Below, piece after piece: positions 56,805 to 64,000 of a DNA stretch of 64,000 nucleotides. The notes under the pieces were generated by a model that saw nothing but the letters and a program-made list of their open reading frames with translations, made no database searches and was not told the DNA's origin. The stretch is from positions 22,169 to 86,168 of the forward strand of contig CAWKAG010000032.1 in NCBI GenBank assembly GCA_963847455.1, given 5' to 3'. This DNA is from an uncultured Acidimicrobiia bacterium. Lineage in GTDB: Bacteria; Actinomycetota; Acidimicrobiia; Spongiisociales; JAENVV01. Position 1 is the stretch's first letter. Each line of letters begins with the position of its first letter. A program made the translations under genes and the position numbers.

Positions 56805-57386
56805 TTGCGATTCGGCCTGCGAAATTCCTGACAACGCAAACCGATGTAATTGGTCTGCCAGGCTCACGGGATCAACCCGACCGTCTGGCTGATACCAACG
56901 CTCGATCGCATTGAGGACGGAAAGAACGAAGGTCGCAGCGAGGTTGGCGTCGAGATCGGGTCGGAAGGTCCGGTCGGCGATTCCGTTTGTTATCACTGAG
57001 CGGAAGCGTGCTTCGTAGGTATCTCGTTCCTTGACGATCGCCTGGCGGTTGCTTTCGCCGAGCGCAGTGGCTTCGTTAAGGAACGTTTGGGCTTCGTCAC
57101 GGTGATCGAGAACAACGCCGATGTGACCGCGGATGAGCGCTCTGAGCTGCTCCTCGGGGTGCTCGCTGCTGCTCATGGCTTGCTCGGCGGACTCCCCGAA
57201 GAGCTGGCCGGCTCGCTGAACCACTTCCACCAGCAGTTCTTCTTTTGATGAAACGTGGGCGTAGACCGACCCACCGAGGATGCCGAGTTCGCTCCCGAGG
57301 TCCCGCATGGATGTTGCGTGATAGCCCTGCTTCGCAAACAGTCGACCGGCCGCCGCGATGACGTCGTCGCGACTGAGACGGCTCAT
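56793..57386 (-). CDS. TetR family transcriptional regulator (PaaR-like by context)
   Basis: HTH AAGRLFAKQGYHATSMRDLGSELG. The start overlaps the paaE stop (ATGA). The 3' end overlaps the convergent MMPL gene by 12 nt. Confidence 0.85.
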   Translation of the reverse strand: MSRLSRDDVIAAAGRLFAKQGYHATSMRDLGSELGILGGSVYAHVSSKEELLVEVVQRAGQLFGESAEQAMSSSEHPEEQLRALIRGHIGVVLDHRDEAQTFLNEATALGESNRQAIVKERDTYEARFRSVITNGIADRTFRPDLDANLAATFVLSVLNAIERWYQPDGRVDPVSLADQLHRFALSGISQAESQLDA

Positions 57387-58432
57387 ACGTCGTAATCGAG
57401 GACGAGTTCGTCGGTCAAAGGATGGGACTGACAGGTCAGAACGATCCCGGCCGCCACTTCCTCGGGGACCAGGCACCAGTTTTCGTCCATGCGCACTGCT
57501 CCGCTGACGACTCTTGCCTTGCAGGTAGCGCACACCCCTCCCCGGCAGGAGAAGGGCAATTCGCTGCGAACCCCGAGTGCGTAGTCGAGGACTGGTGAAC
57601 CCTCTGGATCGACGAGCACTACCGAAGCGCGTCCGTCCAGCGTGAAAGTCACGTTGGCGAGACCCTCGATCGATGGCGGCGGGACCGGTGGCGCAACATA
57701 GGGTTCGGCAAAGAACAGTTCGTCGTGAACCTGGCCGGTTTGACGACGCTCAAGTACTTCCCGTGCGGCGTGAACCATCTCGTACGGTCCGCACAGAAAC
57801 CAGTGATCGGCGGGTTCGGTAACGATGGTGTCGAGCAGCGACTCGATCTTGGGGCTATCGATCCGTCCGGAAAACAGCGGGACCGCCGAGGGTTCTCGCG
57901 TCAGGACGTGAACCAGTTGAAACCGGTCCGTATGTCTGTCCTTGAGGGCTTCCAACTCTTCAAGGAACATGATCGACTGAGCGGTGCGATTGCCGAAGAT
58001 GAGGCTGATCCGGCTGTCCGGTTCGGTGTTCAACACGGTGGTAGCGATCGACAGAATCGGGGTGATTCCCGATCCGGCTGCGATCGCGCCGATGTGGCGG
58101 GGGCCGGTTGGGGCCGGAACAGTGAAGTCACCAACGGGCGGCATGACATCGAGAACCTGGCCGACGTGCAGCTCCTTGGTCGCCCAGGTCGAGAAAACGC
58201 CGCCATCCATGCGACGAACCCCGACTCGCAAGTCACCCACGCTCGCATCAGCGCAGATCGAGTAGGAACGTCGGACGTCCTCGCCGTCGATGATCGCCCG
58301 AACCGTGACGTGCTGGCCGGCCGAGTAACGAAACTGGGAACTGGTTGTGTCGTCGAGTCCGAACGTGATCGCGACAGAATCATCGGTCAGATGTTCTAGG
58401 TCGGTGACCGGGAGGGCAGTGAAATCGCTCAC
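57383..58432 (-). CDS. paaE: phenylacetyl-CoA epoxidase reductase subunit (FNR-like plus 2Fe-2S)
   Basis: RSYSI flavin motif, GSGITP, C-terminal CRGGVCATCKA. The GTG start overlaps the paaD stop (GTGA). Confidence 0.9.
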   Translation of the reverse strand: MSDFTALPVTDLEHLTDDSVAITFGLDDTTSSQFRYSAGQHVTVRAIIDGEDVRRSYSICADASVGDLRVGVRRMDGGVFSTWATKELHVGQVLDVMPPVGDFTVPAPTGPRHIGAIAAGSGITPILSIATTVLNTEPDSRISLIFGNRTAQSIMFLEELEALKDRHTDRFQLVHVLTREPSAVPLFSGRIDSPKIESLLDTIVTEPADHWFLCGPYEMVHAAREVLERRQTGQVHDELFFAEPYVAPPVPPPSIEGLANVTFTLDGRASVVLVDPEGSPVLDYALGVRSELPFSCRGGVCATCKARVVSGAVRMDENWCLVPEEVAAGIVLTCQSHPLTDELVLDYDV

Positions 58433-58866
58433 AAATCTTTGAACCTGTCGAAAGGTTCGCCGCAGGCCGAACAGACCATGAGCGATTTGCAGGCAGTTGA
58501 TCCGAACTCGGAAACGGTCCGGGGATGCGCGGCCGCACACTGTGGGCAGATCGGGTCAGCGCCCGGTGGGGCGATTCCGAACCCGGCCAGCTTGAGGCGT
58601 CCCTCGTTAGTCATCCATTCTGTCGTCCACGCCGGGCTAAGAACGGTCTTCACCGTGACAGAGACTGCGCCGGCAGCTGTCGCAGCCGCCACGATGTCGT
58701 CTCGAATGGCGTCCATGGCGGGACACCCCGAATACGTCGGGGTGATGGTGACCGTTACCCCGTCGCCGACCTGACGAACCTCCCTGAGGACCCCGAGATC
58801 GACAATAGTGAGAACAGGAATCTCTGGATCACAAACCGATTCGATGGCGGCGCGGATGGCGTTCAC
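58429..58866 (-). CDS. paaD: phenylacetyl-CoA epoxidase subunit PaaD
   Basis: VCDPEIPVLTIVDLGVLREV and a C-terminal CPQC...CSACGEPF. The GTG start overlaps the paaC stop (GTGA). Confidence 0.85.
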   Translation of the reverse strand: MNAIRAAIESVCDPEIPVLTIVDLGVLREVRQVGDGVTVTITPTYSGCPAMDAIRDDIVAAATAAGAVSVTVKTVLSPAWTTEWMTNEGRLKLAGFGIAPPGADPICPQCAAAHPRTVSEFGSTACKSLMVCSACGEPFDRFKDL

Positions 58867-59633
58867 CAGGTCGCTCCTGGATGGGCTCGACGGAGCACCT
58901 GCATTTCGGCGAGCATGAGACCGAGGTGATTGGTGTGCCGCCCGGCTCGACCGCCACTGGTCTGGTGAAGGTCGGCAGGCACAGCCAAAGTGGCGCCTTC
59001 CAGGTCCGCCCTGATGCTGGCTTGCCAAGATTGAGCGAGGTTGTTGGCGCTAACGCCGATCCCGACCTCGGTAAGGCGGCCGTCGATATCGTCGGCGGTG
59101 AACAGCTCATCAGCGAACCGCCACAATGCGTCAACGGCCGACTGCATTCGGGCCCGAGACTCGGCCGTTCCCCTACCGAGGCGTTGAACCCAGGTCCGGG
59201 TGTGTCGGAGGTGATAAGCCGTCTCTTTGGACGCCTTGGCGGCAATGGCGGCGAGCGTCGCATCGGTGGAGGACTGGAGCTGGTCCCACAGGAGTTGTTG
59301 GTAGGTCGAGAACATGAGTTGGCGCACGATGGTTTTGGCGAAGTCGCCATTGGGTTGTTCGACGAGCAACACGTTGGTGTACTGGCGTTCGTTTCTCAGA
59401 AAGGCGTAGTCGTCTTCGGTCTTGTGACCGTCGAGTTCGCCCGCGTACGTATAGAGGAGTCGGCCCTGTCCGAGGAGATCGAGGCCGATGTTGGTTAGGG
59501 CGATGTCCTCTTCAAGGTCGGGAGCCCTCGATGACCATTCGGCCAAACGATGCGACAGGACAAGACAGTCATCGGCATGCCGCAACGTGTAGGTGATGAG
59601 ATCCTTCTTGGGGCTCGAAGCCTTGTCGGCCAT
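58863..59633 (-). CDS. paaC: phenylacetyl-CoA epoxidase subunit PaaC
   Basis: LGDDCLVLSHRLAEW-type N terminus, and its position between paaB and paaD. Confidence 0.85.
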   Translation of the reverse strand: MADKASSPKKDLITYTLRHADDCLVLSHRLAEWSSRAPDLEEDIALTNIGLDLLGQGRLLYTYAGELDGHKTEDDYAFLRNERQYTNVLLVEQPNGDFAKTIVRQLMFSTYQQLLWDQLQSSTDATLAAIAAKASKETAYHLRHTRTWVQRLGRGTAESRARMQSAVDALWRFADELFTADDIDGRLTEVGIGVSANNLAQSWQASIRADLEGATLAVPADLHQTSGGRAGRHTNHLGLMLAEMQVLRRAHPGATW

Positions 59634-59646
59634 TACCTATCGCCCA

Positions 59647-59994
59647 TTACATGTGTCCGACTTCGTCGGGGATCTCGTAGAAGGTTGGATGCCGGTACGG
59701 CTTGTCGGAGTCGAACAAGATGTCTGCGTCGTCGGGATCGGCCGCCACGATCAAAGCTGACGGAACCACCCAGATGCTTACCCCTTCGGAGCGTCGGGTG
59801 TAGACGTCCCTGGCGGACTCGAGGGCCATCTCGGCGTCGGGGGCATGGATGCTTCCCGCATGCACGTGGCTCAAGCCACGACGCGCCCGGACGAAGACCT
59901 CCCACAGCGGCCAGCCGTGGCCGGCTGACCCGCCATCTTCGGTCGTTTCCGGTTCGGGAATCTCTCCGGGGGCGACGTGTACTTCGTAGGGCAT
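59647..59994 (-). CDS. paaB: phenylacetyl-CoA epoxidase subunit PaaB
   Basis: WPLWEVFVRARRGLSHVHAGSIHAPD is the conserved PaaB core. Confidence 0.9.
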   Translation of the reverse strand: MPYEVHVAPGEIPEPETTEDGGSAGHGWPLWEVFVRARRGLSHVHAGSIHAPDAEMALESARDVYTRRSEGVSIWVVPSALIVAADPDDADILFDSDKPYRHPTFYEIPDEVGHM

Positions 59995-60905
59995 TAGGCG
60001 CTCATCTGTTTGTCGGCATAGGCTGCGGCGGCGTCGCGCACCCAGGCGTTGTCGTTCCAGGCGGCGACCTTGTGTTCGATGCGCTCGCGGTTGAGTGGCC
60101 CGTCGCCTTTTACCACCCTCCAGAACTCATCCCAATCGATCTCGCCAGTTTCGTAGCCGCCACGCTCGTCGTTCCACTTCAGGTCCGGGTCAGGAATGGT
60201 GAGTCCGAGGAAGTGCGCCTGGGGAACCGTCATATCGATGAACTCCTGCCTGAGCTGGTCGTTCGACACCCGCTTGATCTTCCAGGCGGTGGATTGCTCG
60301 GAGTGCGTCGACTCGGAGTCATGTGGTCCGAACATCATGAGCGACGGCCACCACCATCGATCAAGTGAGTCCTGGGCCATCGCTTTCTGATCCTCAGTGC
60401 CATTTGACAAGGTCATCATGATTTCGTAGCCCTGTCGCTGATGAAAGGACTCTTCCTTGCAGATCTTCACCATCGCCCTGGCATAGGGTCCGTAGGAGCA
60501 GCGGGCCAACATCAGCTGATTGGTGATCGCGGCTCCGTCGACCAGCCATCCGATGGCGCCGATGTCACCCCAGGTGAGGGTCGGGTAATTGAAGATAGAT
60601 GAGTATTTCTGGCGACCGTCATGAAGCCGATCCATAAGCTCGTGGCGTGACACGCCGAGCGTCTCAGCTGCCGAATAGAGGTATAGGCCGTGACCGGCTT
60701 CGTCCTGGACCTTGGCCATCAGAATGGCCTTGCGCTTGAGCGAGGGAGCGCGGGTGATCCAGGTTCCTTCGGGCTGCATGCCAATGATTTCCGAATGAGC
60801 ATGCTGGGCGATCTGCCTGATCAGGTTCTGCCGATATGCCTCAGGCATCTCGTCACGAGGTTCAACTTTGTGGTCGGCGGCAATGATTTCGTCGAAGGAG
60901 GCCAT
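59994..60905 (-). CDS. paaA: phenylacetyl-CoA epoxidase catalytic subunit PaaA
   Basis: Di-iron ligand pattern ([24 protein letters not shown]). The stop overlaps the paaB start (TAATG). Confidence 0.9.
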   Translation of the reverse strand: MASFDEIIAADHKVEPRDEMPEAYRQNLIRQIAQHAHSEIIGMQPEGTWITRAPSLKRKAILMAKVQDEAGHGLYLYSAAETLGVSRHELMDRLHDGRQKYSSIFNYPTLTWGDIGAIGWLVDGAAITNQLMLARCSYGPYARAMVKICKEESFHQRQGYEIMMTLSNGTEDQKAMAQDSLDRWWWPSLMMFGPHDSESTHSEQSTAWKIKRVSNDQLRQEFIDMTVPQAHFLGLTIPDPDLKWNDERGGYETGEIDWDEFWRVVKGDGPLNRERIEHKVAAWNDNAWVRDAAAAYADKQMSA

Positions 60906-61094
60906 CAGCGAAGAATAACAAACGATCGTTTGCTAGTGGTCAGATTTCCGGCGCAGGGCCGACGGTTTCGGGCGGGCGGCTAGGTCTGTCGCATCATTTT
61001 CTTCACGTATTGTGGTATTTCGTTTGATCTTCGTGAGTTAGACCCTATGATTCCGCCTGTTACTTGGGGAAGTTAATTGGGGAAGGCTGGGGCT

Positions 61095-63227
61095 ATGGGC
61101 TCTTGGGGGAGATCCAAGGGGTTACATCGTCGGCCGCCGCGGCGGCCACGATTTTTGAACGTCTTTGTCGTACTGACAATCGTGTTGGGCGTCGTGCCCG
61201 TCGCCGGTTGGCTTGATGCCGCGCAAGCCGCACCGTTCTCGCTTACGGCAGTCATCGCGACCGGAACCGACGACGCCGAAGAAGGTTCTTCCGGCTCGAT
61301 GACCCTCGGCAGCTCGGATCTTGAGCTCGTCGAGGAAACCTCCACCCAGACCGTCGGTCTTCGGTACTCGACGGTAGCGATTCCGCCTGGCGCCGACATC
61401 ACGTCCGCGTACATCCAGTTCCGTTCCGACGAGGCCCATTCGGGGCCGACGAACCTGACCATTGCGGCTCAGGCCGCTGACAACCCGGGTACGTTCACGA
61501 CCACGCCGGGCAACATTTCGAGTCGTCTCCTGGCGTCTACCACTGTCTCCTGGGCACCGCCGGCTTGGACGGCCTCCAAGCTGACCGGGCCGGCTCAGGC
61601 CACCCCGGATCTGAGCGCCGTCCTCCAGCAAGTCATCGATCGGCCCGGATGGGCGAACGGAAACGCCGTGGTGTTCATTATCACCGGGTCCGGCAAGCGA
61701 GTCGCCGATTCGTTCGAAGGTGGTGCCAACAACGCACCCATCCTTTACGTGGAGTACGGGTCCGGTTCGGCCAATCTCCCGCCTGTTGTGAATGCGCGAG
61801 CGGATTCGACATTCTTGGCAGATTCCGCCACGCTCGACGGGAACGTTATCGACGACGAAGTCACCAGCATGACGACGCTGTGGTCGAAAGTCTCCGGACC
61901 CGGCGATGTGACATTCGCCAACGCAGCGGCACTGGATACAACCGCCACCTTTTCGGAGGCAGGCTCCTACGTCCTGCAACTCACTGCCGACGACGGAGAG
62001 TCGATCGTCTCGGACCTCGCACCGGTGATGGCGGTTGATGCAGCTGCCGGCCAACCCGGCTCGGTCCGTATCGGGATTGTCGGGGATCTCGGGGACGGGG
62101 ACTCGAACGAGGCAGCCGTCGCTCAACTAATCAAGGGTTTCAATCCTGACTTCATCGCCACCGTCGGCGACAACAGTTACGGACCGGCCGGCCAGGATGC
62201 CAACGTCGGCAAGAATTACGCGGCCTATATGGGCAACTACGACGGTGCCCATGGGCAGGGCTCGGCTCTGAACCGCTTCTTCCCGGCGCTCGGCAACCAT
62301 GACATCGAAGACGGCGGTGGCTTAGCCGAGTATCTCGCCTATTACACCCTTCCGGGTGGCGGCATCAAGAGTTCGAACACATCTGGGAATGAGCGCTACT
62401 ACGACATCGTCCAAGGTCCGGTGCACATGTTCTTCCTAAACACAGATGTGACGGAACCGAACGGCCGCACCCCGACGTCGACCCAGGGTGTGTGGCTGCA
62501 AAACCGCCTGGCTGCTTCGACCTCGCCTTGGAAGATCGTCATCGCTCACGACGCACCGTACGCCAGCAACGGAGCGACTTCGATCATGCGGTGGCCTTAT
62601 GAAGCTTGGGGCGCCGACATCGTTCTATCAGGTGATGCCCATCTCTATGAGCGACTCGAAGTCGACGGGTTCCCGTACATAGTCAACGGACTGGGCGGAA
62701 GCTCAAGAAAAGCTGCGCCCACTCCCATACCCGAAAGTCAGATCATTTATCGGGATTCGTTCGGTGGCGTGATCGCGGAGGCATGTACCAGCGGGGTCAC
62801 GTTCAAGTTCCATTCGCTCGCGGATGGCGTCATTGACACCTTCATCCTGGGTACGGCTTGTGGTTCGCTTCCTGCCCCCACCAACCTCGGAGCGACGGCA
62901 TCTGAAGGTTTGATCGACTTGGGGTGGACCGACGCCAACGGCGGAACCGTAGGTCACGAAATCGAACGCTCGGATGCCGGCGCAGCTGGCCCCTTCTCCC
63001 TTCTCGCTGCGACTCCGGCCGGAGTGACCACCTATCAGGACGGCGGGTTGCCGGGCCCGATCGAGTACTGCTACCGGGTGCGTGCCTCGGGCGCCAGCGA
63101 GGTATCGGACTTTTCAAACGTATCTTGCGCCACCACACCGCAACCGAACTCAGCGCCGGTCGCCAACCCCGATACCGCCCAAACCCTCGAGAACGCTCTT
63201 GTCAACATCAACGTGCTCGTCCAATGA
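61095..63227 (+). CDS. large secreted protein: signal peptide, beta-rich N domain, PKD-like domain, purple-acid-phosphatase-like metallophosphoesterase, FN3, start of cadherin-like repeats; reading frame breaks at 63220-63227
   Basis: Signal peptide ...VAGWLDAAQAAP. PAP motifs GDLGDG, GDNSYG, GNHD, IAHDAPY, GDAHLYER. FN3 with LGWTD...YCYRVRA. ATG at 61095 preferred over TTG at 61077. Confidence 0.8.
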   Translation: MGSWGRSKGLHRRPPRRPRFLNVFVVLTIVLGVVPVAGWLDAAQAAPFSLTAVIATGTDDAEEGSSGSMTLGSSDLELVEETSTQTVGLRYSTVAIPPGADITSAYIQFRSDEAHSGPTNLTIAAQAADNPGTFTTTPGNISSRLLASTTVSWAPPAWTASKLTGPAQATPDLSAVLQQVIDRPGWANGNAVVFIITGSGKRVADSFEGGANNAPILYVEYGSGSANLPPVVNARADSTFLADSATLDGNVIDDEVTSMTTLWSKVSGPGDVTFANAAALDTTATFSEAGSYVLQLTADDGESIVSDLAPVMAVDAAAGQPGSVRIGIVGDLGDGDSNEAAVAQLIKGFNPDFIATVGDNSYGPAGQDANVGKNYAAYMGNYDGAHGQGSALNRFFPALGNHDIEDGGGLAEYLAYYTLPGGGIKSSNTSGNERYYDIVQGPVHMFFLNTDVTEPNGRTPTSTQGVWLQNRLAASTSPWKIVIAHDAPYASNGATSIMRWPYEAWGADIVLSGDAHLYERLEVDGFPYIVNGLGGSSRKAAPTPIPESQIIYRDSFGGVIAEACTSGVTFKFHSLADGVIDTFILGTACGSLPAPTNLGATASEGLIDLGWTDANGGTVGHEIERSDAGAAGPFSLLAATPAGVTTYQDGGLPGPIEYCYRVRASGASEVSDFSNVSCATTPQPNSAPVANPDTAQTLENALVNINVLVQ

Positions 63228-64000
63228 CACCGATGTTGATGGAAACATCGTTCCGTCGACCGTTTCGATCACTGTCCCGGCGTCGAATGGGACCGCCACT
63301 GCCAAGGCCGACGGAACCGTCGATTACATGCCTGGCACCGGGTTTACGGGTGATGACACCTTCACCTACCGCGTGTGCGATTCTGGTGGTCTGTGCGCGA
63401 CGGCTCAGGTGACGGTTTCGGTGGGTCCGCTCGATCAACCGCCGGTGGCCGACAACGTTACGGCAACCACAGATGAGGACGTGATCGGAAGCTGGACGCC
63501 GAGTGTCTCAGACCCCGATTCGACTGGACTGGTGTGTTCGATCATGGTTCAGCCGACGGCTGGGACGGCGATCGTGACGCCGGACTGTTTGATCGGCTCG
63601 TACACGCCACCCGCCAACTTCAACGGACAGGTTTCGTTTACCTACCAGGTCACCGACGGAGTCTCCACGGCGACGGGGCTGGTCTCGTTCACGGTTCAGT
63701 CGGTTCCTGACGCCCCTGTGGCGGTCGCCGACGGAGCGTTGGCAGCGGCAGGCACCACGATCCAGCTCAATGTGGTTGCCAACGACACCGACGTAGACGG
63801 TGATCTGAATTCGAACTCCGTCACGATTACCGGACAGCCTTCGAACGGCTCTGCGGCAGTGGTCGGTGGAGGTGTGATCTCCTACACCGCACCCTCGGGC
63901 TTCTCCGGTTCCGTACAAATCACGTACCGGGTCTGCGATCAGACCGCTCCGACCCCGCTCTGCGATACGGCAATTGTTACGGTCGACGTGACCAACGCCC
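63220..64000 (+). CDS. continuation of the same protein in the +1 frame (cadherin-like/Ig-like NDTDVDG repeats), runs off the window edge
   Basis: Frame 1 is open from 63220 to 64000 and reads SNDTDVDGNIVPSTVSITVPASNGTATAKADGTVDYMPGTGFTGDDTFTYRVCD..., with a second NVVANDTDVDGDLNSNSVTITGQPSNG...ITYRVCD repeat. Confidence 0.75.

Noticed and set aside
62924-63412. 162-aa ORF spanning the frameshift site in the third frame.
   Set aside because: Its translation is Arg-rich and unlike the flanking repeats. The NDTDVDG repeat reading continues in the +1 frame from 63220, not in this frame.

Overview
GC-rich, gene-dense chromosomal segment that looks actinobacterial. The taxon call is an inference from four markers: a Kgd-type fused 2-oxoglutarate dehydrogenase, PpgK, a PAC2 protein, and a MutT1-type Nudix/histidine-phosphatase fusion. 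I support about 55 protein genes, most of them housekeeping or metabolic: ppgK, hflX, ybaK, qor, lutABC, a terC gene with a probable Mn riboswitch leader, a metB/cbs pair, ctaA, a maltodextrin locus (malEFG plus GH13 and GH57), fetB, glnD, a group 1/2 sigma factor, galE, kgd, hisC-like, an MMPL transporter, and paaABCDE plus a TetR regulator. Many neighbouring genes are linked by 1-11 nt overlaps. I also call one tRNA, a selenocysteine tRNA (UCA anticodon, 95 nt). I see no transposase, integrase, CRISPR array, rRNA or recognisable defence island, so the window reads as core genome rather than an accessory island. The candidates most worth follow-up are: (1) a 59-60 bp tandem repeat array with distal inverted partial copies, filling a 563 bp gap upstream of the PAC2 operon; (2) a three-gene cluster of a kynureninase-like protein lacking the PLP lysine, a small helical protein, and an 802-aa HerA/FtsK-like ATPase with a coiled-coil tail; (3) an MMPL transporter whose roughly 500-aa first periplasmic region is built from two families of internal repeats; (4) a large secreted purple-acid-phosphatase/FN3/cadherin-like repeat protein interrupted by a single-nucleotide frameshift; (5) an orphan tRNA-Sec; (6) a heavily structured 359 bp intergenic region upstream of a TauE/SafE exporter. 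All family assignments come from motif recognition by eye, with no searches run. Start codons were picked by hand from overlaps and Shine-Dalgarno-like sequences and may be off.
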